A stretch of DNA of 64,000 nucleotides from Octopus vulgaris (Eukaryota): assembly GCA_951406725.2 (NCBI GenBank), contig OX597821.1, forward strand, positions 86,552,001 through 86,616,000. The letters are read 5' to 3'. The notes beneath the pieces were generated by a model, which made no database searches, was not told the DNA's origin, and was given only the letters and a program-made list of their open reading frames with translations. This document shows positions 43,390 to 57,920 of this stretch, piece by piece. The translations under genes and the position numbers were made by a program. Every line of letters begins with the position of its first letter. The stretch's first letter is position 1.

Positions 43390-46300
43390 TATATGAATGA
43401 CAGGCTTCTTTCAGTTTCTGTCTATGAAACCCACTCACAAGCCTTTTGTATTCCTAGAGCTATAGTAGAAGATACTTGCCCCAGGTGCCACAGTAGGATT
43501 GAACCGGAGACCGTATAGTTAGTAAACAAGCTTCTTAACCATACAGCCAGCCACAATTGTGCCTATATAGATTTATACACAAAATGCAAAACAGAAATGG
43601 ACTCCTACAATTTGCATAACAGGGACCCTATCCAGGCAGGTAGTAACTTCAAATAATAACCAACAAAGAATATGGGGAACTTTTAAGTTTTGCAGTATAC
43701 GACCTGTCTAGTGCAGGAGGCTTGATAAAATATGCCAAGTCCACACTGTGGTGGTTTGTGAAGAAGATTATCCATTACTGATAAAAAAAAAGCACATGAC
43801 TTTCAGAGCAGCAAAATTTATTTAGTTTTTTGTGGCGGTGTGCCCAAATGATGAAAGACTGCAAAGACTAAAGAAGCCTATCCAATTCATAGCAGCATGG
43901 AAGACAGACATAAAATGATATTGATGATAAGGCGGTGAGCTGGCAGAATTGTTAGCACGCCGGGCGAGATGCTTTGCGGTATTTCGTCCGCCGCTGCGTT
44001 CTGAGTTCAAATTCCGCCGAGGTCGACTTTGCCTTTCATCCTTTCGGGGTCGATAAATTAAGTACCAGTTACGAACTGGGGTTGATATAATCGACTTAAT
44101 CCGTTTGTCTGTCCTTGTTTGTCCTCTCTGTGTTTAGCCCCTTGTGGGTAGTAAAGAAACAGATATTGATGATGAGGAGGATGGGGGAGGGGTGATGATA
44201 ATGGTGCTTGTGGTAGTAATAATAGTGTTGTTGGTGACGATAATCATGGTAGAAAGTAAGAGAAATAAAGAGGACCAAATTTTACATACTGGATTCTTCT
44301 GGACACTTCCTGAGATAAACTGGAGTAATATCCACATCAAGTGGTCTCGGCCTTGTTTTAGATTTCGGTCCTTTAGCTAAAAAGAAATAAATGCATTCAT
44401 ATATATAAGTACATGCTTGAGAATATGAAGGCAAAGGATAAGAACCCTCTTAAGTAATACAATTAAATACACAATTACAAATGCAGATGACCCCATCAAT
44501 TGACCTCCTGGAATCTGTTCAGAGACGTGCAACCAAACGCATACCCTCCATCAGACACCTACCATACTCTGAGCGCCTTGTCTCCCTGGGCATGGATTCA
44601 CTGAAGCTCCGGCGTCTGGCGATGGACTTGGTAAACACCCACAAAGTTATCAACCACCTCACCAACAACAACACTGAACACCTTTTTGATCTCCATGTGT
44701 CCAACACACGTGGACATGCCTACAAAGTCAGAAAACAACACAGCTACCATGACTTTCGGAAACATTTTTTTCACACTCAGAGTTGCTGAAGCATGGAACA
44801 AACTGCCTGCGTCAGTTGTTGACTGCCAAGACACTGCATCCTTTAAGGCCCTCATGCTTTCCGAAATCCGCCGAAACTACACCTGATTATACATACACTT
44901 TAGATGAGTTGTAGTGCACCTGAGCACTGTACACAATGTTTTTATTATTATTATTATATTATTATAATTGGTGCATTTTCTAACTGAACTAAGCACAGTA
45001 TGCAAACATACTGCAAACATAAACTAACAATAATGAAGGTGGTGGTGGTGGTGGTGATGATGATGATGATGGTGGTGGTGGCTACAAATACAATATTACA
45101 AGACTGCTACACTACACTATGTCCAGGTTATTACCATATTTTCTGGCATATAAGTTGGATTTTTCCTGTTGAAATTAACAGCCAAAATTTACAGCAAGGT
45201 TGACTAATACACCAAGACAACTTTAGGAAACCAAAAAGCCATGTGAAATATCATCAGGATTTGGAAAGATAGTGATGATGTTTGAATTGTATACCTGAAA
45301 ATATGGTACACTGTACTCAATACAATACTACTGGACTGTTACACCAATAGAGTATGTCCAGATTACTATACTGGACCCTATACAAAATTACCAAACTGTA
45401 ATACCTACTATACTGGACCCAATACAGTATTACCAAACTGTAATACCATACAGTATACCTCGATTACTCTACAGTACCCAATATAATGTAACCAGGCTTA
45501 CACCATACAGTATGTCCAGATTACTATAATGTGCCCAATGCAACATAGATACTTCATCATCATCATTATCATCATCATTTAACGTCCGCTTTCCATGCTA
45601 GCATGGGTTGGACGGTTCAACTGGGGTCTGGGAAGCCAGAAAGCTGCACCAGGCCCAGTCTGATCTGGCAGTGTTTCTACGGCTGGATGCCCTTCCTAAC
45701 ACCAATACTTATATCATACAATATGAATAAATGTCCATACTCAGGGAGTTATGCTTTTATTCCATTAAACTTGACTCTAAATGAGTTACTGGTAAATTAG
45801 AACTGTTTGAAAGAAGAAAGATGACAACAACTACAACAGCAACAATATCCAACACAACAACAACAGCAACAAGATATCTGGTGCAAACAAACCTTTTCAT
45901 ATAGAGACATGACCATGTGTGGGAAGCTGACAAACTGGAACAGTACAAAGAATATCAGTTGGCTACCAAGATGCTGCCAGAGTAACTGACCAAATTCACT
46001 TTCATCTTTATCAGCATCCTCCTTCTCTGACCGTTCCATGGCAATGACAACTAGATCTACGAGTTGCTCTTCTAGTGCTTCACATCTTTGTTTGACCTGG
46101 CATGAAATAAATGAAACAAGAGGCTGAATGTAAGCATGATAAAAGAATGCATTATTATATGGGAAAAGGTTCTCCTTGAAGATGAAAGGAAGGGTTTATT
46201 GGAGTTGCGTGAGATCTGCAATGCTGTATGGGAGTGAGGCATGGTGTCTGAGGGAAAGTGAAATGGCAATTTTGAGAAGGACCAAGAGAGCAATGGTTAG

Positions 46301-49300
46301 AGCAATGTCATCATCATCATCATCATCGTTTAACATCCGTTTTCCGCACGAGCACGGGTTGGACGGTTCGACCGGGGTCTGGGAAGCCAGGGGCTGCACC
46401 AGGCTCCAGTCTGATCTGGCAGTGTTTCTACAGGTGGATGACCTTCCTAACACCAACCACTCTGCGAGTGTAGTGGGTGCTTTTTACGTGCCACCTGCAC
46501 AGGTGCCAGGGGAGTCCGGCATCGGCCACGATCGGTTGGTGCTCTTAATGTGCCACCGGCACGGAAGCCAGCCAAGGCGACGCTGGCATCGGCACGTTTG
46601 GATGGTGCTTTTTATGTGCCACCGGCACAGAAGCCAGTCGAGGCGGCGCTGGCAACGTGGTGTGAAACTATTGGATAAAAGGAGCTGAGGAATAGATGGG
46701 GATACTGGGGTTGGAGAAATCAGTGGAACAGCTGGCAGGGGCGAATGGAGTGTGGTAGTATGGACATGTGTTGAGGAGGGATGAGGATCCTGTTCTGAGG
46801 AGAGTGCTTGAGTTTAGGGTGAATGAACCATGAAAATGAGATCGACCAAAGAAAACGTGGAGGGGACAGGGGCGAGGATGATATTGGGAGGTTGGCTTGG
46901 GGAGGGAGAATGCCCAAAACTGGACGAGATGGGGTTATGTTGTGAAAGCAGTGGCTGTAAGGAGTGAGGTAGATTCAGCCAACCCCGTTAACAGGGACAA
47001 ACCCGGATTCAAAATAATAGACAAGAAGAAGATAGGATCAACAAATTCTTGACCAACAACGATGCACTATAAACCTCTGATGTTTGGTCTCCTGATAAAT
47101 GACAACATTTTGAGAAGTTGCAATAGCTCTGAGGATTGGGTGTTGGCCCATTCATTAAACAGAGGTTGTGGTGACCTCATTCTTGCTCACAACATCATAA
47201 GTGGAAAGTGTAACCTCTAGAAAGAGCTGTTCTTCACATAACCATTCATGATACATAGGCTGGGAGCCTATTTCAGTTCAGGAGTGAATTGTCATCACAT
47301 GTTACTTAGTCGGAAACACATGTCATATAGCTCCAACAGAATGCTGTATCACCAACAGTAATGTGATACTTCTAAGACATCTCCCAGTAATCTATCAAGT
47401 CCATTTACACATTTCTCAATATATATACTGCTGTTATGACTTTCCTCCCTCCATCGAAGATGGGTAGATTTGCTAGTAATAGTAACTGTAGTAATGACAA
47501 TATGTTAATGATGGTTGCAGCTGAAGAACAAAGGATGTTTTTTGTTTCAAGATTTGTCTCTTAATTTTGCTCCTGGTGTCCATTCAACAAGATTTATATT
47601 TTGTTATTTCTGGTGGGAAAACGAAATTGTTCCTTATCTTGTAATTAACAGTGATTTTGGACAATGAAGTGGCCTTCACTCACCTGTTTTGTAACACCAA
47701 GCATATTACACACCATTTCACGAGAGTAAGGTTGTTCAAGAACATAACAGAGTAGACCTTTCTGGGGTTCCAGCATGTCCTAAAATAGAGAAGAATTTTG
47801 TATTTTCTTTTTCTCATGCCAGAAACTAAACAGCTTAAAAAAAAAAACTTGATAATGGCGGTGCCCCAGCATGGCCACAGCTCATAAGCTGAAACTAGAA
47901 TCAATCAATCAATCATATGGCAATCTAAAAGCATATAGATCACATCACAGATAACTTGACTGCCAGCCTACTGACAATGAAGGATATTTTAAGTGTTAAC
48001 AGTCAGAAAATACTCAGAAAATATTTTTTTTTTTTTTTAATAAAGCTCACAAGTAAAGGGAAGATCTAAAACAGGTTCAATATCGAATTACAGATTTTTA
48101 CAAACCAGGAGTAGTCAGCTTGGTTGATACATTCTAAATTAAACAAATATTAAATTTACTTAAATAATTAAATGAAATACAGATATCTCTATATTAGTAT
48201 AAATGAAATGAGTTTATTAATACTAATGTGCAAAGTACCAGCAAACTATTCTGACAGCCATGGGGAATTTGAACTTCCTGCTTGTAAATTAGCATGGATT
48301 ACAAGAGGTCCCAGACCGTCAATGTCTGAAAAGTCAGTATTGCCTGCATTAGGGGTTTCCTCTACTTTTACTTCTTTTATAGAGACCAGAAAAAATATAT
48401 AAAAAAGACTCTATAAATCTTCAGAGTAATGGGCATTGTGGTAAAATTGTCTTAATTTTTTTTATCTTTATAATCGTGGCCGATGCCAACGCCGCCTCGA
48501 CTGGCTTCCGTGCAGGTGGCACGTAAAATGCACCAATCCGACCGTGGCCGATGCCAGCCTCGCCTGGCACCAGTGCAGGTGGCACGTAAAAAGCACCCAC
48601 TACACTCACGGAGTGGTTGGCGTTAGGAAGGGCATCCAGCTGTAGAAACATTGCCAGATAAGACCGGAGCCTGGTGCAGCCTTCTGGCTTCCCAGATCCC
48701 CAGTCGAACCGTCCAACCCATGCTAGCATGGAGAACGGACGTTAAACAATGAACGATTTATATCTTTTTATATCCAAAACAGAATGTAAAAGAACATCTA
48801 TTTCTCAAAGAACATCTATTTCATTCACACTGAAGAACAAATGATATAAACTGTTTTATTTACACACAACAGATTCATTTTAAAATTTAGTCCAAGACTG
48901 AGGGACATTGCCTATCACCCTTGCAGAGTCTCTCAGACTGGGAAGATTACTACAGTTTAACTTGAATTTCTGAGATTGTGTTTGCAAGGGAACCTTAGGC
49001 AGAGTGAAAATTCCTGAGTTAAAGTTCTTGCCTAGGAAGTTTAGGCAGGGCTACAGAAAGCCTGCCAAAGCAGGCACTAGGTCTTGGCATGGTTCTCTGG
49101 CTCACCAGCTCCTGTTGAACCATCCAAGTCATGTCAGCATGAAAAATGCCATAAATGATTATGACGGTGATAGTGATTCAAGAGTAGCACTGCATAACTG
49201 ACAGTAAGAGGTTTCACTCTACACAGAATGATTGATTCTTTATTGACAGTGGGATAAACTGTTTTATTGGAGGCATATTTAATAGAAAAGTTATCACTCA

Positions 49301-52300
49301 TAGGCGCAGGAGTGGCTGTGTGGTAAGTAGCTTGTTTACCAACCACATGGTTCTGGGTTCAGTCCCACTGCGTGGCATCTTGGGCAAGTGTCTTCTGCTA
49401 TAGCCCCAGGCCAACCAATGCCTTTTGAGTGGATTTGGTAGAAGGAAACTGAAAGAAGTCTGTCGTATATATGTACATATATGTATGTGCGTGTATGTTT
49501 GTGTGTCTGTTTGTCCCCCTAGCATTGCTTGACAACCGATGCTGGTGTGTTTATGTCCCCGTCACTAAGCGGTTCGGCAAAAGGGACCGATAGAATAAGT
49601 ACTGGGCTTACAAAGAATAAGTCCCGAGGTCGAGTTGCTCGATTAAAGGCGGTGCTCCAGCATGGCCGCAGTCAAAATGACTGAAACAAGTAAAAAAAAA
49701 AAAGACTCACCCTATCATAAGGTAATGCTCCACTGAGTGCAAAGCGTAGATTGCCAGAATTAAGGCGCCAGACATGATTTGAAGTGGAATATCCAACGAC
49801 TGGAAGTAAATGTTGTCTCCCTACAAGATAAATAAATCGAAAACAATGAAACAGGATAAAAGGATTTTTTCCAATTGGTTTTTTTAAAACACTTCATCTT
49901 AAGAAAAATAAGGGTTTGTCTTCTCCCTATTTTTTTCTTTTGTCAATAGCCCAAATTACAATAAACTTTCCACGAACCTTGTTGATACTTTGTTGGCGAC
50001 AGCCATGGCTGGTAAGAGCAGTTTAGTGGACAGTTTTCTACGTGTCAATATAAAAGATGGAATGGTCTTATAGCTGGAAAGCCTTCACAGATGTTATATT
50101 GGCAAACCCTTCTTCGAAACAACCACCACCACCACCACAAAGCAGGTCCCACAGAAATAGACGAACTAATTATCATACTGAATGAAAAGCTGATCCTTCC
50201 AGCGATATTTTAAAGTTAAGTTCCCCTCAAGTAGAGAAGCTACTCATCGGAGAAAAATTGATTAAATCAACTCCAATCGCTTTATAGCTTATCTCCCTTG
50301 AACAAATTATCTCCCTTAATTGTCAACGCTTCTCAACGAAAATATTTTACTATTGCCAATTGGATGCATAACCCGTAGTTTGGATTCTTTCCATTCTCTC
50401 AATGTACCCGTATATAAAGTAAACTTTAGTTGGGTGCTTAAGATATCGAATAGGAAATAGAATAGTATATTACAATTAATAAACTGTAACATAAATTCAT
50501 GTAACAGATAAGTTAATATGGCGAATACAATAATTTTAATCGCAAATATCTACACTTATAGTTAAATGATTTAATAAAAATAAAAAAAAATTAATGAGTG
50601 GTAAGGGAGATAACTAAAAATCAAAATGACCTTACTATTTTTAATAATAATCCTTCAAATATTTTGCTTTGAGGGATTCAAGACAGGCTGTCCCTGGGAG
50701 CTCCTCTATGCTGATGACCTTCCTCTTATAGCTGAATCACTACCCAAACTAGAGAAGTTCCATGTATGGAAGTAAGGTCTAGAATCAAAAGGCCTCAGAG
50801 CTAACCTAGCAAAAACCAAATTCATAGTAGGTAAGAAGGCAGACAAATCACAAATCCCTTCGAGTAGATGACCCTGCTCAATCTGTAGAAAAAGTGTAGG
50901 TAGCAACCCCATCAGATGCACCCCGTGTAAGCTTTGGACACATAAAAGGTGCAGCAACATCAGAGGGAGGTTAACGGGGAGACTAAATTTTTCTATGTGG
51001 AAGGTAGATAAGTACAATAAACGCTAAAAATGCACAGAAAATAGATTCCATCAACTGCTAGGGGATCAAGCTAGAGGTAATAGATAGCTTCCATTATCTA
51101 GGTGAACAAGTTAGTAGTGGAGGTGGATGCTCCGAGAGCGTAGCTGTGAGAATAAGATTAGGCTGGGCAAAGTTCAGAGAGCTCCTACCCCTGCTGGCAA
51201 CAAAGGACCTCTCTCTCAAAGTGAAAAGGCAGATTGTTTGATGCCTGTGTGCAAACATCTATGCTGCATGGCAGTGAAACATGAGCTGTGACAGCCAAGG
51301 GCATGCGTTGGCTGGAAAGAAATGAAGCCAGTATGCTTCACTGGATGTGCAATGTCAGTGTGCATCTTCGACAGAGTGTAAGCATCTTGAGGGAAAAATG
51401 TGGCATGAGAGGAATCAGATGTGGTGTGCAAGACAGACGATTGTGCTGGTACGGTCATGTGATGCATATGGATAAGGACAGCTGTGTAAAGAAGTGCCAA
51501 TCTCTAACTATGGAGGGAACCTGTGGCAGAGGTAGACCCAGGAAGACATGAGACGAGGTGGTGAAGCATGATCTTCGAACTTTCGGCCTCATATAGGCAA
51601 TGACTGGTGACCAAGAACTTTGGTGATCTGCTGTGCTTGAAAGGACCTGTCAAGCCAAGTGCACCTGTGCTGGTGGCACATAAAGAACATCTTTTCAACG
51701 TTGGGCCTCATGGAGGCAAAGTGGCTGAGTTCCTTTCAAGTGTTGGGTCTCATTGAAGCAAAGTGGCTGAGTTCCTTTCGAGCACTGGGCCTCACAGAGG
51801 CAAAGTAGCTGAGTTCCTTTCAAGTGCTGGGTCTCATGGAGGCAATGACCAGGACCTTTGGCATTATGTGCTTGAGAAGAAAACCCATCAAGCTGAGCAA
51901 ATTCAGTCATGACAAATACCAAAGTCACACAAACTGGCACCCATACCAGTGGCATGTAAATGCAGCCCAGTGTCACACAAATGGCACCCATGCCAGTAGC
52001 ACATAAATGCACCCATTACACTCTCAGAGTAGTTGGCATTAGGAAGGGCATCCAACCTAAAAAAAATCCATGCCAAATCAGACTGGAGTCTGGTGCAGCC
52101 TTCCAGTGTGTCAGCCCAGTCAAACCGTCCTACCCATTCCAGCATGGACAACGGACATTAAATGATGAAGATGATGAAGACAGAAAGATGTGATTTGAGG
52201 AAGATTTGGTTGTATTTTCTAGCAGATCAGGCAACCATGTAGAGGCTTCCTTGTTAGCTCACGTCACTCAACATTGACCATACATCTGCACATGTATGAG

Positions 52301-53294
52301 GAGAGCCAAGCAAGATTTTCCCAGCAGTTATCCATGTATGGAGGCCTCTCCACACCACTATTTATCTGAATACAGTAAGTTACTGACTTGGGCCAATATA
52401 GTTTGATACCAGTGGTGCTGTCATACAAAGAGTAGGAACAGATACAGCAAGACGTCTTGCCTGATTTTCTAAAAGTTCTGCCAATCCCTAACCCTATATT
52501 GGTACTCTTTTACTGACCTCAAATGTATGAAAGGCAAAGTTGACTTCTGCAATATTGAAGTCAGAGCATAAACAGTTGGGACAAATACCACAAAGTATTC
52601 TACCGCAACATACTAATGACTGACAATGGCTGGAGGAAAGTTGATATAAATATACAGTGCTCATAGAAGCAGGCATGGCTGCATGGTTAAGCTCATTTTG
52701 CAGCCACATGATTTCAGATTCAGTCCTTTGGGCAAGTGCAACACTTTGTGAATGACTTTAGCAGACAGAAACTGTGTGGAAATCTATCACTATTATTTAA
52801 TGGCTGTTGTTCATCCTAGCATGGGTTGGACAGTTTTGATCAGAGCTGGTAAGCTGCACAAGACTCGTCTAATTTGGTATGGTTTCTATGGCTGGATGAC
52901 CTTCCTAACACCAACCACTGTACAGAGTCTGCTGGGTGCCTGTATGTGGCACCACATGGTTGCTTTAATGTGGCACTTCACAGGTGTTTTTATGTGGCAC
53001 TGCCATGAGTGCTTTTTACATGGCACTGCCATGACCACTTTTTACGTGGCACTGCCATGAGCACTTTTTACATGGCACCACCACATGCGCTTTTTACATG
53101 GCACCGCCATGAGTGCCTTCTGCATGGCACCAGTACAGGACTCTTGCAGGTCAATCCTCACCAGTAGGGTGACTGGTCTTAACACTTCTGCTGCAGAGTA
53201 CAGGTCTTCTTGAGTACAGCAAAGCACCAGGCATTTCAGTCCTTTGTCATCTCACCTGAAAGGCTCAGCATCCTGGATGTATGTACGTGTGTGT

Positions 53295-53337
<43 letters not shown>

Positions 53338-56300
53338 TCCATATGCATGCATGAATGCATGTATGTGTTTGTCCCCCAGCCATTGCTTGACAACTGGTGT
53401 TGGTTTGTTTATGTCCACATGGCAGTGGTTTGGTAACAGAGACTGACAGGATAAGTACCAGACTTAAAAAGTAAGCACTTGGGTCGATTTGTTTGATTAA
53501 ACCCTTCAAGGAGTGAAAATAAGTAAAAGATAAAATATAGAAAACCCCTTACTTACCAGCTATTGAAACCATGTGGGCTGTAAGTCGAAAGCTTTGATTG
53601 AACTCAGCTAAGACTTGACCAAGTTTCTGAATGAACAACAGAAGAGAGAGGCAAAATATAAAACTGATATGAAAAACGTAACATAACTTAATGAGTGAAG
53701 AAATTAACGAAATACTGATTAGTAGGTTGAAGACACCCTGATTTCCTGCATGAATGCCAGGGATGGAATGGATGCCGAAGATATATGAATAAATGTAAAT
53801 AAAAAGAAATCTTATTTCAATATAAATCTTGTTTACATGAGAGTACACGCATGCTCTAAGCACCTTATGTCAACGATATGCATTTAATTATGAAAACTGC
53901 ATGCTCTAGCTTAAGTATCAGAGGTCATTGCTGATGTGTGTGTGTGTGTGTGTGTGTGCATGAGAGAGAGAAGTGGGGGAGGCAATTTTTAATGAACTTG
54001 TTTATCCTAATTAATGAATTATTAAAAGTAAATTTTGAGTTATATATGTATACATACATATGTATACATGTATGATCAAGCACACAGATGTATGGATATA
54101 TTGAGCGAAAACACCTAAAAGCTCCACGAGGCTCCGGCAGGGGGTGGTGATCCCTACTGTACTCTTTCACCACTCTTTCTCCTCACTCCTTCTTCTGTTG
54201 GCCTGCTCGCTTAGCCAGCGGGGTGGCGTCATTCGAAGGCTAAAACAATGCGAAGCGCATTGTGACCAGCGATGTGTAGCAACATCTGATGGTCTGGTCG
54301 GTCACGTGATCATGTGATATGTATACATACATGTGTATACATGTATGATCAAGCACACAGATGTATGGATATATACACACTTGATGTACATCATTGTCAG
54401 CATCAACCTTTTTAATATCAACTTTTCCATGCTTGTATGAGTCGCACAAGGCTAATAGCACAGTACACAGTGTTCTAACAAGGCACCCATATTAATTTCG
54501 GCATAGAGATTACCTTTTGGTGTTAATACAGTTTCATCGGTAATAAATTTTTAAGAAGCCTGCTGCCCAGTTTACAAGAAAGAATCCCTTATTATACATA
54601 GCTTCAAAAACACAAAGAGAATAGCAAACACACCCATAAAAGGCTTCTTTTACAAGTACCAAATCCACTCAAGAGCTTAGGTTAGCCCAGGAGTAGAAGT
54701 CACTTCCTCAAGGTACCATGCAGTGGGACTGAGCCCCAAATCACATTGTTGGAAAGCAAATTTTTTCATGTGTCCATGTCTACACCTATTACTGGACACT
54801 TCTTTTACAACAAAACCTGACCTTTGTGGTACTGCACAGTACTATAACAGTGAAGCTATGAATTAGATATTTAGTCTGTTTCATTTTCTACTACTAGTTG
54901 CACTATAAGTAGTATTAGGTCCCTAGAGAGGTATATTTGCTACGTGGTTTCAATTTTCATTTCTACCAATTTTAATTAATTCACTCTTTGTACCTTCCCT
55001 TTCTCGTAGATAACATCTTTCAGTCACTAACATCTTAATATCTTTATAAGGAATGTATCACAAACAAAAGCAAGCACGAAGTCTTCAATAACATGAGAGT
55101 CCCTCCTCTCGAGTACATTTTGTATTCCTTGACACTTTTGGAACACAATTTAACTGAAAGAGCAATTTTTACCAAGTTCAAATAAACCGCTTTTGCTTCA
55201 AGTAATTTTGAAAATAATGAGAACTTTATCAAAATAACTGTAATTATTATACTCTTTTTTACTCTTTTACTTGTTTCAGTCATTTGACTGCAGCCATGCT
55301 GGAGCACCGCCTTTAATCGAGCAACTCGACCCCGGGACTTATTCTATTGTAAGCCCAGTACTTATTCTATCGGTCTCTTTTGCCGAACCGCTAAGTTACG
55401 GGGATATAAACACACCAGCATCGGTTGTCAAGCAATGCTAGGGGGACAAACACACACAAGCATATATATATATATACATATATACGACGGGCTTCTTTCA
55501 GTTTCCATCTACCAAATCCACTCACAAGGCTTTGGTCGGAATCAACGTATAGTAGAAGACACTTGCCCAAGATGCCACGCAGTGGAACTGAACCTGGAAG
55601 CATGTGGTTGGTAAACAAGCTACTTACCACACAGCCACTCCTGCGCCTATTATGCTGGTGTTTCAAACAAATTAACGAGAAATTTTGATAGAAGATTTTA
55701 ATTTAGAACACTTTAAAATAAGGAATTTGTATCATAAAACGAAGGGCAATTTCAGGCGGGTTAAGCATCAAAAGAGTTAAATTGATTAAATATGGAAGCA
55801 CTCAATCGGTTACGACGACGAGGGTTCCGGTTGATCCGAATCAACGGAACAGCCTGCTCGTGAAATTAACGTGTAAGTGGCTGAGCACTCCACAGACACG
55901 TGCACCCTTAACGTAGTTCTCGGGGATATTCAGCGTGACACAGAGAGTGACAAGGCCGGCCCTTTGAAATACAGGTACAACAGAAACAGGAAGTAAGAGT
56001 GAGAGAAAGTTGTGGTGAAAGAGTACAGCAGGGATCACCACCATCCCCTGCCGGAGCCTCGTGGAGCTTTTAGGTGTTTTCGCTCAATAAACACTCACAA
56101 CGCCCGGTCTGGGAATCGAAACCGCGGTCCTATGACCGCGAGTCCGCTGCCCTAACCACTGGGCCATTGCGCCTCCACCACTAATTAAATAATGAACAGG
56201 ATAATTACCCAGTGTGGCCATTTCTTATCATCTGCACAAAGCTTTGATATTTCAAAGATAGCAAGATAACTGGGAAGCAAACATGAATTTCGGTCAATGA

Positions 56301-56601
56301 TGGCTGACACAACCTGAAATGTGAAAATAACACAACAGTTTACTAAGAGAAACATTAGACTCTTTACAGAGCTATACCGACACCCTTACATACATACATC
56401 ATTTTAAAATCTTTTTACTTGTTTCAGTCATTAGATTGCAGCCATGCTGGAGCACCAACTTGAAGAATTTTTTAGTCAAACAAACTGACCCCAGTACTTA
56501 CTTTTTTTTTAAAGCTTGGTACTTATTCTTTCAGTTTCTTTTGCCAAACTGCTAAATTATGGGGATATAAACAAACCAACACCAGACTTACACACACACA
56601 G

Positions 56602-56633
<32 letters not shown>

Positions 56634-57844
56634 GATTAATCCCGAAATTGATTCAATATAGAAACAACAAACTTTTTAAAAAAATTTCGTTGGCTAGCTT
56701 TCCTCAATTTCAGCACAACGTGTATTTATAATGAATGTATAATGAAATGTGGAAATTGACAATTTAAAGTCTGTTATCAGCATATTGGCATGGAAATAAT
56801 TTTTCTTTTGCCCTTATTTATAAGTTGTTTATAATTTTAACCTTTAAAGGTATTTTAATATGCTGCCACTTTTAATGAAATTTTTTTCTGAAAAAAAAAA
56901 TTTTTATCCTATATTAGTAGTAGATTTATATATATATAGTGGCTGACATACCCAGTAATTCCTGGGAAAGCGGGCTTATCTCTTGGTTCCATTTTTATAA
57001 TTGTTTCCCTAATCTAATAACAATACAAAGAATGTAGCCCTTAAAACGGTTTTTGTGTATTTATTGAAAATACAGAACTGTCTTAACAAAGGATCTTGCT
57101 TTTAGGAATTCCCAATAAGTTATGAATACCCAAATTGTGAAGTCAGTTGTGTAATAACATGAAATGAATTACCCTATAGTAAGAATTCAAATAAAGTAGC
57201 CCCGAAAAAGGCTTTAATACGTTCCCAGAGTATATAGATTTTAGGAGGAAATACTAATAAGGTATGTATACTAAAATCGTGAAACATGTTACGTAATAAC
57301 AGGCTAATCAGATATGAGATAACAATTCAAAGTAATTAACTCTGAAAAAAGCTTTTGTGCATTCCCAGAGAATATTACCCTCAGCAGCGCTAGTGTTGGT
57401 ATATTCGTGAATAAGTCACTAACTGAAATAAGTGGATCTATTGTTTAGGAGAATAATATTTACTTGTTTAAGCAATGTATTGGATAAATTGAAAAAATAA
57501 CTAAAATAGTTCAAATAATAAGTAATAAGCATACTGAAAATGAATGGGTTATTTCCCTTGGTGGTTATTTCCAGGAGGGAACGGGTTATTTCCCTTGGAA
57601 GCTTAACAATAATTACTTCCACTGTTCATTCACACCCAAATATTATTCCTCCCGTTGTTTACCCAAACATTTTTTCGAAATCAATATATTCTTAAAACCT
57701 CCCCAGACACATAAGCAATATGCATGCGATGTTTAAAAAAATTGGTCAAGCCGTTTTGGCGCAAAACGAGGACATACCAATACACACACAGACATTTTCA
57801 GTTTTAATATGTAAGATGTGTGTGTATATATGTACACATTTACT

Positions 57845-57920
<76 letters not shown>

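Noticed and set aside
51702-51845. Regularly spaced ~42-bp repeats, superficially CRISPR-like (also 52940-53130 and 46480-46660)
   Set aside because: Contiguous tandem units without unique spacers, inside an RTE 3'UTR; eukaryotic context with no cas genes
56100-56178. tRNA-like sequence (also 30284-30350 and 61356-61425)
   Set aside because: Heads of tRNA-derived SINEs continuing into repeat bodies; no convincing acceptor stem
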